DNA of 64,000 bases from Spirochaetia bacterium (GTDB lineage Bacteria > Spirochaetota > Spirochaetia > DSM-2461). The notes below the pieces were generated by a model. That model saw only the letters and a list, made by a program, of their open reading frames with translations, did no database searches and had not been told where the DNA came from. The stretch is from positions 1,152,001 through 1,216,000 of the forward strand of contig CAXXIA010000001.1 of the NCBI GenBank assembly GCA_963666985.2, in the 5' to 3' direction. Both the position numbers and the translations under genes were made by a program. Numbering within the stretch: position 1 is the stretch's first letter; each line of letters begins with the position of its first letter. Positions 1 through 10,296 of the stretch are shown here, piece after piece.

Positions 1-227
1 GCGAGTTCCTGCATCCCTTTTTGAGTGAGATACCGTCCCTTTTTTTCTTTGTAGCCCGTGAATCCCTGACCGTCGAGGGCCTGAAGATGGAACCGGACGG
101 TCCTTTCGCTGATATCCATGCCTCGGGAAACCAGCTGTTCCTGAATTTTATGGCTGGAAAGGGGTGATCCAGATTCTCGAAGTATCTTCATCAAGAGGAG
201 CCGCTTACGCTCCACCCGGTCGCTCAT
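1..227 (-). CDS. nrpR: NrpR-family nitrogen regulator, N-terminal winged helix (runs off the window start)
   Basis: Not in the ORF track. Manual translation from ATG at 227: MSDRVERKRLLLMKILRESGSPLSSHKIQEQLVSRGMDISERTVRFHLQALDGQGFTGYKEKKGRYLTQKGMQELA; the ISERTVRxHL...GRxLTxKG pattern is typical of NrpR. Confidence 0.75.
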   Translation of the reverse strand, partial: MSDRVERKRLLLMKILRESGSPLSSHKIQEQLVSRGMDISERTVRFHLQALDGQGFTGYKEKKGRYLTQKGMQEL

Positions 228-267
228 TAAGATAGACTAACCTACCCGGCGAAGATGTGTCAATTTA

Positions 268-285
268 ACGGCATTTCATTGCCGT
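268..285. promoter_or_regulatory. Palindromic operator candidate ACGGCA-N6-TGCCGT
   Basis: Perfect 6-bp arms with a 6-nt spacer, just upstream of the minus-strand TTGACA (258-263) in front of nrpR. Confidence 0.5.
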
Positions 286-307
286 AATCATACTCAAAGT
301 CAAAATA

Positions 308-1090
308 ATGGACGGAAAGGAAAAGCCCCGATATCTTATGAGCATGATCCGCCGCCGAGACCGCCGTGCTACTTCCGTTTTATTTTCAATGCCGCTTGTT
401 CTTTTCGTGTTGATCCTCGGCGGATGCATGGTGAATCAGCATCTTGTACTCAGCGGCGACGGTTCGGGAACCTATAAGGCCGAAGGCGGAACACTGCCCT
501 TCGCCGCTCTCGTCTTCGACGATTTGGCCTTTGCCGGAGGATATGAGAATGCCGACGCTCTCTACCAAACGGCTGTTGCTCAAACGAAAGAAGATCTTTC
601 CCGCCGGTCCGATATTTCCGATTCTCAAGTGGAGATGACTTCTCCTTACGAATGGAAAGCCGTTATCCACTTTAGGGACATCGAATCGCTTCTGGGGGGA
701 TCGGACGGCATTCCCATAGCGGAACTCTCGGAAGGAAACGGAACTTCAACGCTGACCTTGAACTTCGACAGAAAAAGAGCCGCGGTACTGGAGACCTTCA
801 TTCCGCTCCTGGGCGAACCGGCCCTGACGGCATTCAATCCCGCCATGACTCAAGGTTTCGACGAAGAAAGCTACATCGCCGATGTTTTAAGCTTCACTTT
901 CGGAGAAGAGAATATTCCGGCGGTTAAATCCGCGCGGATCGCAATGGACGTTACCGTTCCCGGTCCCATAACGGCGCTTGAAGGCGGAACAAAAATCGAT
1001 AATCACACGGTCCGTTTTGAAACGGCCTTCACACGCCTGATCGTTCCCGAGATTCCCATCCATTGGAGCGTTTCCTGGAAAACTCGGTAA
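308..1090 (+). CDS. Hypothetical lipoprotein
   Basis: Hydrophobic signal followed by lipobox LGGC; the true start may be 338 or 386. Confidence 0.7.
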   Translation: MDGKEKPRYLMSMIRRRDRRATSVLFSMPLVLFVLILGGCMVNQHLVLSGDGSGTYKAEGGTLPFAALVFDDLAFAGGYENADALYQTAVAQTKEDLSRRSDISDSQVEMTSPYEWKAVIHFRDIESLLGGSDGIPIAELSEGNGTSTLTLNFDRKRAAVLETFIPLLGEPALTAFNPAMTQGFDEESYIADVLSFTFGEENIPAVKSARIAMDVTVPGPITALEGGTKIDNHTVRFETAFTRLIVPEIPIHWSVSWKTR

Positions 1091-1227
1091 TGGACCGTAT
1101 ATTTGTATGCCGCAAATAAAACGCATATTTTTCAAAGCGATTTTTCCACATGCCGAATATCGGTCGCATTCCGCCGGCCCGTTTTAAACAACGGCGGCAT
1201 AACCGGATGAAACCCGACTTCCGATAT

Positions 1228-2286
1228 TCATCCGCCGCCGAACGTTAAAATCAGCGGCAGATGATCGCTGCAGCCCTCTTCTTTATCAGTCATCCACCTT
1301 ACGGGCCGCCCGTTATGATCCGCGGCGGCACCGGCCGCGGTCCGGCAGGAAAGAAATCGGGGCCCGGCATCATCCAGCATTCCGGCCGTCAGAAGAGCTC
1401 TGTCGGGTCTTTCCCAGCCGCCGCGAAACCAATACGTCCCCGGAGGTCCCGATGAGGGTTCCGGATCGAAAAGAATCAATTTTCCGCTTCGAAGACCCGC
1501 CTCCGCCGCCGCGGAAGTTCGGTAGAGGACGGCATCCGTACCTTCCGCGTCGGAAAACGACGGCCAGGGGGCCAAAGCCGCGGGGCGGATCTCTCCGTCT
1601 CCGTTCGTATTCAAATCGCCCAAGGCAATCACATCGGCCTGCGGGCGGCCTGAAAGACTCCCTCTGATAAGGGAATCAACCACTGAGGCCTCAATGCGGC
1701 GAGCCTCCTCTGTCTCTTTCTTTCCATCCCATGGCGACTTCCAATGAAGAGCGATAACTTCAACATCCCCCTGCGGAGTCTCGGCGGTAAAAGCCAAAAC
1801 AGTCCTTAAAGGCCTCTCCCGCCACGCGCCGCATTCGGCCGCCTTCGTCTTTAAAATCGGATAACGGCTGAGTACACCGCAGCGAATCGCCCCCTCACCC
1901 GGCGCCGCCAATCTCCATTCGTACCCGGCCCGCCGCAAAGGCCCCTCGGCGAGATCATCCAAGATTCCCTCATGCTCAATCTCTTGAAGAACCAGAAGAT
2001 CCGGCCCGCCGGGAACCGCCTCAAGAACCGCGCGGCCCACCCGTTCCAGTCTGCGGAGGTAAAGCCTTTCGTCCCACGCTCCCCGCAGCGGATCGAATTC
2101 GGGATATTCATTCCCGTCATGGGTGCCGTCGAAAAGGTTTTGGACATTCCAGCTCATCACCGTCCATTCCGTTTTCCGCTCCGGATTGGCGCAGCTTGTA
2201 ATCGGCACGGAGATGAGACATAGAGAAACCGCGAATCCCCCGATACAAAGTCTTTTCTTATGATTCTTCAAAGAACACGTCCTCAT
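1228..2286 (-). CDS. Endonuclease/exonuclease/phosphatase family protein, probable lipoprotein
   Basis: Motifs SWNVQNLFD, LQEIE, LGDLN and C-terminal SDHLP; ITSC lipobox-like segment; start placed at MRTCS. Confidence 0.85.
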   Translation of the reverse strand: MRTCSLKNHKKRLCIGGFAVSLCLISVPITSCANPERKTEWTVMSWNVQNLFDGTHDGNEYPEFDPLRGAWDERLYLRRLERVGRAVLEAVPGGPDLLVLQEIEHEGILDDLAEGPLRRAGYEWRLAAPGEGAIRCGVLSRYPILKTKAAECGAWRERPLRTVLAFTAETPQGDVEVIALHWKSPWDGKKETEEARRIEASVVDSLIRGSLSGRPQADVIALGDLNTNGDGEIRPAALAPWPSFSDAEGTDAVLYRTSAAAEAGLRSGKLILFDPEPSSGPPGTYWFRGGWERPDRALLTAGMLDDAGPRFLSCRTAAGAAADHNGRPVRWMTDKEEGCSDHLPLILTFGGG

Positions 2287-2500
2287 TTCGCCCTCTCTCT
2301 TACCCAAAACGCCCGTATCCCGCCGAGAGCACCCGCCGATAGGGCTTTGCATCCGCCGCTCTTCTCCCGCGGGCCCTGCCCCTGAAAAAAATCGCTCATG
2401 CCGCTTTCCGCAATCTTCCACGGCTTATAACCGCCGATTCCGCCCTCTCTCTTGAGGCGGCCTGCTGACGCAAGTCGCCGATTCGGGATACCTTTGCTCC

Positions 2501-3703
2501 ATGGAAAACCTGTGGCTCATCAAGATCGGTGAAATATCCTTGAAAAAAGGAAACCGCGCGTTCTTCGAGCGCCTTCTCAAACAGAACATCAAAGCGAAAC
2601 TCCGTGAAATCGAATCCGGCGGCACATCCTCCAAAATCAATATTCGTTCCGGCCGCTACTACCTTGAAACCGATACCGAAGACGAAACGATCGAACGAAT
2701 CCTCAAAACCACTCCCGGCATCGTCTCCTTCAGCCGGGCCCAAAGAACCGAAAAAACAATCGAGGCACTCGCGAAGGCTTCAAAAGCTTTTGCCGCCGAT
2801 TGCCTGGCCGAAGGCATCGGAAACCGGTTCAAATTTGAAATAAGACGCACCGATAAAAGCCTTCCCATGGACAGCTACGGCTATGCGCGGGAACTCGGCG
2901 GCATTCTCTTGGACGAGTTTTCCGAACTGACCGTCGACGTTCATACGCCCGATTTCATCATCAAGGTGGAACTTCGGGAATGGGGCTACGTTTACGGACG
3001 GGAACGGCGAGGCCCCGGAGGACTGCCGGTGGGCACTGGCGGCCGCGGGATTCTTCTGCTCTCGGGAGGAATCGACTCACCCGTGGCCGGCTACCTTATG
3101 GCCAAACGGGGCATCAGCCTCACGGCCGTCCATTTCCACACCCCGCCCTTTACCTCTGAGGAATCTCTCGACAAGGTGATGCGCCTCGCCGCCCAAATCG
3201 CGCCCTGGACCGGCGGACTGACCCTGCTCTCGGTTCCCTTCACCGAATGCCAGCTGAAAGTGAATCAAAGCGTCGATCCTTCGGGAACAACCCTGCACTC
3301 GCGCGCCTGCATGATGGGCATCGCCGAGATTCTTGCCTCGAAGTACCGATGCAAGGCGCTGATCACCGGTGAATCGCTGGGGCAGGTCGCCAGTCAAACC
3401 ATGGAGAGTCTGGCCTTTACCGACTCATCCACGGATCTTTCGGTTTTCCGTCCCCTTATCGGCCTGGATAAAGAGGAAATCATCACCCTTGCGAAGAATA
3501 TCGGAACCTTTGAAACCGCCATCGAACCCTTCGACGACTGCTGCTCGCTCTTCAGCCCCGAGAAACCCCTCACCCGGCCGGATCTCCTCGAAGAGCAGGT
3601 CGTACACGAGAGTATCGAAGGTTTGGATGAACTCATGGAAAAAGCGGCGGATGAGGTTCTCGTAACCCGATTCAATTCGCAAGGAAAACAAAAAGCCGAA
3701 TAG
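2501..3703 (+). CDS. thiI: tRNA 4-thiouridine synthase ThiI (short form, no rhodanese domain)
   Basis: GEISLKKGNR, THUMP region, PP-loop SGGIDSPVA, GESLGQVASQT, DDCC. Confidence 0.95.
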   Translation: MENLWLIKIGEISLKKGNRAFFERLLKQNIKAKLREIESGGTSSKINIRSGRYYLETDTEDETIERILKTTPGIVSFSRAQRTEKTIEALAKASKAFAADCLAEGIGNRFKFEIRRTDKSLPMDSYGYARELGGILLDEFSELTVDVHTPDFIIKVELREWGYVYGRERRGPGGLPVGTGGRGILLLSGGIDSPVAGYLMAKRGISLTAVHFHTPPFTSEESLDKVMRLAAQIAPWTGGLTLLSVPFTECQLKVNQSVDPSGTTLHSRACMMGIAEILASKYRCKALITGESLGQVASQTMESLAFTDSSTDLSVFRPLIGLDKEEIITLAKNIGTFETAIEPFDDCCSLFSPEKPLTRPDLLEEQVVHESIEGLDELMEKAADEVLVTRFNSQGKQKAE

Positions 3704-3864
3704 CCGTCCGAATAATTTTCAGCAGGTGATCTCCGCTTCGCGCTTTTCAGAAGCTTCTTATGCATGAATGCTTCATTACCTGACCCCCCGCTTCGCGGAG
3801 TCCAAGCCTCTCAGGTTACCGGCACGAACAGATCCGGCGCTTTGCTTGAAGCCCTTTTCACACG

Positions 3865-3888
3865 AAAAAACCGCCGAAGGAACGGCGG
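3865..3888 (-). terminator. Intrinsic terminator downstream of the FmdB-family gene
   Basis: Stem CCGCCG/CGGCGG with a 6-nt loop, followed by a T6 run on the minus strand. Confidence 0.65.
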
Positions 3889-3950
3889 AAATAGCTAAGA
3901 AAATCTGATTCTTCGGTTATTTCCTCGCCGAAGAACATCATCAGGTCCGG

Positions 3951-4268
3951 CTAAGCGGTCGCCTTACTCTCCGATGCCGCGCTCTTTTTCGGCGACGAAT
4001 CCCCGGCGGACGAACCGGAAGAAGCGGATGAACCGGATGAGGCCGCGGAAGAAGAATTACCGGAAGAGACGGACGAGGAAGAGGATTTTCTTGAATCGTT
4101 CACGTAGAAACCCGATCCCTTGAATATAATCCCGGTTCCCCCGCCGATTAAGCGGCGAAGCTCATTAAGTCCGCAATCGGGACACTTGGTTAAGGGATCA
4201 TCCGACATGCTCTGGAAAGCCTCAAAACGATGCCCGCAGGAACGGCATTCATAATCATAAGTGGGCAT
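3951..4268 (-). CDS. FmdB-family zinc-ribbon protein
   Basis: MPTYDYECRSCGHRFE...CPDCG...IIFKGSGFYVND, with a Ser-rich tail. Confidence 0.9.
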   Translation of the reverse strand: MPTYDYECRSCGHRFEAFQSMSDDPLTKCPDCGLNELRRLIGGGTGIIFKGSGFYVNDSRKSSSSSVSSGNSSSAASSGSSASSGSSAGDSSPKKSAASESKATA

Positions 4269-4445
4269 AAAAATCCTTGCCTCCGCAGATCTCGGCATAA
4301 GCGCGCTTACGCGAAATGCACTTGATGAACACCGGGAATATACTCATTAAACCGCCTCGGGGCAAGCTCCGAAGCGCAATTGTCGAAAATTGACCGCAAA
4401 TCCGCGGGCCGTCCCGCCGGAGAAGACCTTGCGCGAATCCCCGCA

Positions 4446-5213
4446 TTAATCCATGCGGACCGGTATGCCGGAAGAGGTCAATTCCTTCTTGATATCGGCG
4501 ACGGTGAAATCTCCGTAATGCACCATACTGGCAATCAGCGCGGCATCGGCCCGGCCTTCGGTGAGCACCTCGGCAAGATGCCTGGGCAGACCGGCTCCGC
4601 CGGAAGCCACAACGGGAATCCCCACGGCTTCGCTCACCAGCCGCGTCGCCGTAATTTCATAGCCGTCACGGGTACCGTCGGCATCAATGGAATTCAGAAC
4701 AATCTCTCCGGCGCCGCGGGATTCGGCTTCTCTGGCCCATTCGATCATATCCCGTCCGGTTCTAACCCGGCCGCCGTCGATCACCACGCCGTAACCGGAA
4801 GGCATGGACGGATCGGCTTCGGCATCCATCCCCAAAACGATGCACTGAGAACCGTAGCGCTCGGCGCCTCCGGTGATGATGGAAGGATTGCGTACGGCGG
4901 CCGAATTGACGCTCACTTTCTCGGCGCCGGCCATGATCACCGCGTTCATGTCCTCAACCGAACCGATGCCGCCGCCGACGCAGAAAGGAATGAAAATCTT
5001 CTCGGCGACCCGGCGGACCACATCGATCATAATGCCGCGCTTTTCGGCCGAGGCGGTGATGTCGTAAAAAACAAGTTCATCGACACCCTGATTGTAGTAT
5101 TCCTCGGCCATCTGAACAGGGTCGCCGATATCGACATTGCCTTTGAACTTAATGCCTTTCGTTGTTTTTCCGTCGCGAACATCAAGGCAGACGACGATGC
5201 GTTTCTGAAACAT
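4446..5213 (-). CDS. hisF: Imidazole glycerol phosphate synthase cyclase subunit
   Basis: [42 protein letters not shown]. Confidence 0.95.
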   Translation of the reverse strand: MFQKRIVVCLDVRDGKTTKGIKFKGNVDIGDPVQMAEEYYNQGVDELVFYDITASAEKRGIMIDVVRRVAEKIFIPFCVGGGIGSVEDMNAVIMAGAEKVSVNSAAVRNPSIITGGAERYGSQCIVLGMDAEADPSMPSGYGVVIDGGRVRTGRDMIEWAREAESRGAGEIVLNSIDADGTRDGYEITATRLVSEAVGIPVVASGGAGLPRHLAEVLTEGRADAALIASMVHYGDFTVADIKKELTSSGIPVRMD

Positions 5214-5214
5214 A

Positions 5215-5835
5215 TCAGCCTATCCTCCGGATGAAGTTCTCCAGAAGCCGCAAACCCTTGGGGCCGCTTTTTTCAGGGTGGAACTGGGTGGCCCAGACAT
5301 TCTCCTTATGAACGGCGGCCGCGAATTCCATTCCGTATTCGGCGCGGCCGCAAACCCAGGGAGAATCGCCGCCGCCGGGCAGCTGCGTCGAAAGATAGTA
5401 GGAATGTACGAAATAAAAAGAGCTCTCCTGGGGAATCCCCTCGAAAAGCCGTGAATGATCATGGATAACGGTATTCCAGCCGATTTGAGGAACTTTCACG
5501 CCCATATCGCCCGGAAAGAGTTTCACTTCGCCCGGAATAATCCCCAAAAGATCCGTATCCCTCTCCTCGGAATGATCCTGAAGAATCTGGCAGCCGAGGC
5601 AGATGCCCAAAAGCGGCTTTCCTGATTTGGCGAACGCGATAAGAGCCTCATCCAAACCGTCACGGGTGAGGATACCCATGGCGTGCTTCGCCTCGCCCAC
5701 GCCCGGAAAGATAACTTGATCCGAAGCGAGAACATCGTCCGGCCGGGAACTGATGCGAAATTCGGCCCCGAGATGCGTAAGAGCGGTTTGAACGCTTCTT
5801 AGGTTCCCCGCTTCATAATCAACGACCGTAATCAT
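5215..5835 (-). CDS. hisH: Imidazole glycerol phosphate synthase glutamine amidotransferase subunit
   Basis: GNLRSV, PGVG, GICLG, FYFVHSY, QFHPEKS. Confidence 0.95.
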   Translation of the reverse strand: MITVVDYEAGNLRSVQTALTHLGAEFRISSRPDDVLASDQVIFPGVGEAKHAMGILTRDGLDEALIAFAKSGKPLLGICLGCQILQDHSEERDTDLLGIIPGEVKLFPGDMGVKVPQIGWNTVIHDHSRLFEGIPQESSFYFVHSYYLSTQLPGGGDSPWVCGRAEYGMEFAAAVHKENVWATQFHPEKSGPKGLRLLENFIRRIG

Positions 5836-6959
5836 GTTTCCGCTCCCGGAAGCAAGCCTGATTTTTCAATAAAACCTTTGATAAAACCCAGGGAGAGATC
5901 CGGTATGAACAGCCTCACTTCTCCCCATCCTTCTTCAACATTCATCTTTGAAAACAAATCCTTATCCGCCTGATCGGACGACATGGCGAATCTTGCCGAA
6001 AGTCCCAGCCGAAGAATCAGGGCCAGAGACCGTGAATTTTTTTCTTCGGCGGCACGTATATACATCGCCATATCGTAATTCCCGCTCTCGGTCCGCCGAA
6101 GCGCTAAAGCCGCCGAAGAAATAAGCGGATTTCCATTCCTGTCGGTCAGCGGAAGAGACGGCAGAGCCGTTTTAAATACGCTGGGCTTCAAAATCCAGGC
6201 GGCCAAATCGGCGTCCCGGACTTTCTCGTCCCAAAATTCAACTCCGCTCATCCTCATCCCGGAATCCTTGCGGGAGATCATCGCATCGATGCGTCCGCTG
6301 GAAACGAAAATTTCTTCTCGGGAAACCAGAGCCAGTTCGAGCCCTTCGGGACCTGTCCAGCGATACCGCTCAGTCGCCGATTTCTTCCACTTTTCTCCGA
6401 GGGCCCCGCTCATGACTCCGCGCGGCCAAAGGCCGACGGCCGCCGCATGAACGGCCGAACCTTCCGCTTCAAAGCCGAAAACGGCCAGAGCCGTCCGTTC
6501 CAGAACCTTGTCGGCCGAAGCCTCGCTTAATCCGGCCAAGCTCGTCAGCATCGCCGCAAGCTCTTCATTTCCGGGAACGAGAAGACGGGCCGCGAGGTCA
6601 ACCTCGCCGGGGAGCCAATCGACGATATTCACATCCGGCTGTTCGGGAAGAGTCCGGCAGGATGTAACAAGAGCCAAAACCGTCAGCGTCGCGACGGCGC
6701 CGAAGCTCCGCGGCCTGAAGCGGCATTGCGCCGGATGGTGTCGATGATGGCGACACAGAAGAGGCTGATGATGCGGCAAAATCCTTAAAGCGGATGGTGC
6801 GCCGACATTCCTCCGGCGATCCCGACAAATCGCCGGATTCCCCGATATCGAAGAAAGAGCGGCTTCCCGCCGGCGATCTCTGTGAGTCCCGCGGGACGCC
6901 GGATCTTTGAACAACGCTTGAACGCGGATCGAAAAACGCCCGGCTGCGCGAATATTCAT
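5832..6959 (-). CDS. Hypothetical lipoprotein-like protein
   Basis: ORF coupled to the ileS stop (TGATG) and the hisH start (ATGA); internal lipobox-like LVTSC after a long Arg-rich leader, so the start is uncertain. Confidence 0.6.
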   Translation of the reverse strand: MNIRAAGRFSIRVQALFKDPASRGTHRDRRREAALSSISGNPAICRDRRRNVGAPSALRILPHHQPLLCRHHRHHPAQCRFRPRSFGAVATLTVLALVTSCRTLPEQPDVNIVDWLPGEVDLAARLLVPGNEELAAMLTSLAGLSEASADKVLERTALAVFGFEAEGSAVHAAAVGLWPRGVMSGALGEKWKKSATERYRWTGPEGLELALVSREEIFVSSGRIDAMISRKDSGMRMSGVEFWDEKVRDADLAAWILKPSVFKTALPSLPLTDRNGNPLISSAALALRRTESGNYDMAMYIRAAEEKNSRSLALILRLGLSARFAMSSDQADKDLFSKMNVEEGWGEVRLFIPDLSLGFIKGFIEKSGLLPGAET

Positions 6960-9900
6960 CAGGTTTTCTCTACGGAAATGAGAATCTCGAAATCACCGAC
7001 GGACACCGCTGCGGCCCCATGATGCTTCGAGAGATCCGTCCACTCAACGGAGGTTGCCAAAGTCTCGCCGGAGAAATACTCAAGGTTGTCCGTAACCGCG
7101 AGACGAACCTCTTCGTTCGCGTCCGCTCTGATGAGGATACGGTCGGTTACTTCCAGACCTGTCTCTTTTCTGAGGTTCTGCACTCCTCTGACCAAGTCGC
7201 GGACCAAGCCTTCGGCCAGCAGTTCGGGTGTTACTTCAGGATCCAGAGCCACCGTCAAAGTGCCTTCGTTCAGCACCTTAAGACCGGATTTTTCGCTTCT
7301 TCGGATTTCAACGGAATCGGCGGTGAGTTCCAAAACGGAACTCTCCGTTCCCTCGAATTCCACGGAAAGGACGGCTCCGTCCATCAAACTCCGGATTTCC
7401 CGCGGAGTCAGAGATTCAATTCTGGCGGCCGCCGCCTTCATGTCCTTACCGAGTTTCCTTCCGAGAACCTTGAAATTGGCTTTGGCCGAATATTCCACCA
7501 AATCTTCTTCGTTATCACGAAAAAGAACATCCTTAACGTTCAATTCTTCCGCCAAGAGATCGGCCATTTCAACCAGTACGGCTTTCTCATTCTTATCAAG
7601 GGTAACGATATGGAGACTTTTCAGCGGCTGACGGATTTTCAGTTCATGCGCATTCCTCAGCGCCCTTCCCAAGCTGACGGTTCGCCGAGTCACCTCCATT
7701 TTCCTCTCCAAAGCCTCGTCCCTCGGGAATGCGGAAGCTTGCGGCCAATCGCACAGATGAACCGATTCCGGATCGTTCGGCCCTTTAAGATTTCGATAGA
7801 TTTCCTCGGAAATGAACGGTGTAAACGGCGCCGAAACCATGGCGACGGCCAAAAGGGCCGCCCTCAGCGTTCCATAGGCTTCATCTTTGTCGGTATCAAC
7901 CGAACCGTCCTGACCGCTCTTCCAGAACCGGCGGCGCGACCGGCGGATATACCAATTGTTCAGCGCGTCGATGAACGCAAGAAGCGGTTCGATGGCTTTC
8001 TGAATATCATAATCTTCCAGAAACGACTCCACGGCGGAAACCATCTTTCCCGTTTCGGAAAGAATCCAGCGATCCAGGGGATTGGCCGGATCGGAGGGAA
8101 TGCCCTCCGGCTCGAAGCCGTCGATGTTGGCGTAGGTAACGAAGAAACTGTATGCGTTCCACAAGGGAAGCAGAACGCCTTTGAGAACATCGCGAACACC
8201 CTCGTCCGAATAGCGGAGACTTTCGGCCTTCACCACGGTTGAATTCATCAAAAAAAGCCGCAGCGCGTCGGCGCCGAACTGATTAATCACCTCTTCCGGA
8301 TCGGTGTAGTTCCGAAGGCTCTTGGACATTTTCTTGCCGTCTTCGGCCAGCACCAAACCGTTGGTAATAACATGACGGAACGCGGGCGTACCGAAGAGCG
8401 CCGCGCCGAGGATGGTCAGCGTATAAAACCAGCCGCGCGTCTGATCCAAACCCTCGGCGATGAAATCCGCCGGGAAATGCTCCTCGAACCATTCTTTATT
8501 CTCAAAGGGATAATGAACCTGAGCATAGGGCATGGAGCCGGATTCGAACCAGCAGTCCAGAACTTCCGGGATTTTTTTCATCCTGCCGCCGCAGGAACAG
8601 GCCCAGTCCAAATCATCAATGTGATGCTTGTGCAAATCCCCCCCCGCCTTCTTATGGGCGGCGGCGGCCTCTTCGCCGATCTTGGCATAGAGTTCTTCAC
8701 GGCTTCCCAGGCATTCCCGCTCTTTGCAGGAGTCACACTCCCAAATCGGCAGAGGATTTCCCCAGTAGCGGTTGCGGCTGATGGCCCAGTCGCGGGCGTT
8801 TTCCAGCCATTTTCCAAAGCGTCCGTTCTTGAGATGATCAGGAACCCAATGAACCTGATCGTTGGAGGAGAGCATCACCGCTTTAATCTTTTGAATGTCC
8901 ACGAACCAGGAACCCACCGCTTTGTAAATAAGAGGACTGTCGCACCTCCAGCAGTGGGGATAAGCATGAAGAATCTGATCTCTTTTAACCAGTTTGCCTT
9001 CGTCTTTCAGCCGCTTAATGATGTCCTTGTCGCAATCTTTAACAAAGCGTCCCGCATAGTCGGTCACTTCATGGGTATAAAGACCTTCCTGATCGACCGG
9101 ACAGACCACGGGGACTCCGGAACTCTTCATAACCTCGTAGTCATCCTCACCGAATCCGGGGGCCGTATGGACAATTCCCGTTCCGTCCTCGGTTGAAACA
9201 TGATCCCCGACGAAGGTTCTGAAAGCGCCTTTTTCCGCCAAATCGGCGAAATAGGGAAAAATCGGTTCATAGGAAAGTCCTTCAAGTTCGCTTCCCTTTT
9301 TCTTCCAAACGACCGAATATTCTTCTTCGCTCCTGAAATAGTCTCCCAAACGCGCCTCTGCCAGAATATAGGCCGCACCGTCGGAGGAATCGGCAACCTT
9401 CACGTAATCGATTTCAGATCCCAGAGAGAGGCCGAGGTTGCTCACAAGAGTCCAGGGCGTGGTGGTCCAGGCCAGAAACCAGGTATTCTCCTCGGTCAGG
9501 CTCTTGAACCGAATGGTGATGGCCGGGTCATGGACGTCTTTATAACCGCCGAGGTTCAGCTCATGGTTGGAAATGGGCGTGGAGCACCGGGGGCAGGTGG
9601 GCAGAATGTAATGCCCCTTATAAATCAGTCCCTTGTCCCAGAGAGACTTGAAAACCCACCAAATGGACTCCATGTATTCGCTTTCCATGGTTTTATAGTC
9701 ATGATCGAAATCCACCCAGCGGCCCGAACGGGTCATGATTTTCCGCCACTCGTCCGTATAGCGAAGCACGATGGAACGGCATGCTTCGTTGAAATTCGCC
9801 ACGCCGAATTTTTCAATTTCCGTTTTGCCCGAAATACCGAGTTCTTTCTCCATCTCGTATTCCACGGGAAGTCCGTGACAATCCCAGCCGAATCGGCGTT

Positions 9901-10138
9901 CGACTTTGTTTCCTTTCATCGTGCGGAAGCGCGGAATAATATCTTTTATCGTTCCCGGTACAAAATGACCGAAATGGGGAAGTCCCGTGGCAAACGGAGG
10001 ACCGTCATAGAAGACGAATTCATCCGCGTCGGAGCGGTTTTCAATCGACTTTTCGAATATGCGGTTCTCTTTCCAGAACGCGAGAATGCCTTCTTCCATC
10101 TTGGGGAAATCAACTTTGGGATCTACGGGCTCGTACAC
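6959..10138 (-). CDS. ileS: Isoleucine--tRNA ligase (type 2)
   Basis: DGPPFATGLPHFGH, GWDCHGLP, WTTTPWT, KMSKS, NWYIRRSRRRFW; GTG start at VYEPVDPK. Confidence 0.97.
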   Translation of the reverse strand: MYEPVDPKVDFPKMEEGILAFWKENRIFEKSIENRSDADEFVFYDGPPFATGLPHFGHFVPGTIKDIIPRFRTMKGNKVERRFGWDCHGLPVEYEMEKELGISGKTEIEKFGVANFNEACRSIVLRYTDEWRKIMTRSGRWVDFDHDYKTMESEYMESIWWVFKSLWDKGLIYKGHYILPTCPRCSTPISNHELNLGGYKDVHDPAITIRFKSLTEENTWFLAWTTTPWTLVSNLGLSLGSEIDYVKVADSSDGAAYILAEARLGDYFRSEEEYSVVWKKKGSELEGLSYEPIFPYFADLAEKGAFRTFVGDHVSTEDGTGIVHTAPGFGEDDYEVMKSSGVPVVCPVDQEGLYTHEVTDYAGRFVKDCDKDIIKRLKDEGKLVKRDQILHAYPHCWRCDSPLIYKAVGSWFVDIQKIKAVMLSSNDQVHWVPDHLKNGRFGKWLENARDWAISRNRYWGNPLPIWECDSCKERECLGSREELYAKIGEEAAAAHKKAGGDLHKHHIDDLDWACSCGGRMKKIPEVLDCWFESGSMPYAQVHYPFENKEWFEEHFPADFIAEGLDQTRGWFYTLTILGAALFGTPAFRHVITNGLVLAEDGKKMSKSLRNYTDPEEVINQFGADALRLFLMNSTVVKAESLRYSDEGVRDVLKGVLLPLWNAYSFFVTYANIDGFEPEGIPSDPANPLDRWILSETGKMVSAVESFLEDYDIQKAIEPLLAFIDALNNWYIRRSRRRFWKSGQDGSVDTDKDEAYGTLRAALLAVAMVSAPFTPFISEEIYRNLKGPNDPESVHLCDWPQASAFPRDEALERKMEVTRRTVSLGRALRNAHELKIRQPLKSLHIVTLDKNEKAVLVEMADLLAEELNVKDVLFRDNEEDLVEYSAKANFKVLGRKLGKDMKAAAARIESLTPREIRSLMDGAVLSVEFEGTESSVLELTADSVEIRRSEKSGLKVLNEGTLTVALDPEVTPELLAEGLVRDLVRGVQNLRKETGLEVTDRILIRADANEEVRLAVTDNLEYFSGETLATSVEWTDLSKHHGAAAVSVGDFEILISVEKT

Positions 10139-10296
10139 TTTGAAGTCACTCCAATTATTTTCAAGGAATCCGAAAGGTTCACGATCGGTTCCGTTTCGTG
10201 TGAAAAAAACGAGGATAAGATACCTCGGAGAAGCGGCCCTAAGCAAGGGACGATAACCTCTCGACCCGATATCCGTGATGAGATATCGTTGTCTCC

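Noticed and set aside
4380..5234. 284-aa + strand ORF
   Set aside because: Antisense shadow of hisF with no recognisable motifs.
10139..10296. Possible T-box leader for ileS
   Set aside because: No T-box consensus or terminator seen, and the region is short and shared with the divergent cysH.
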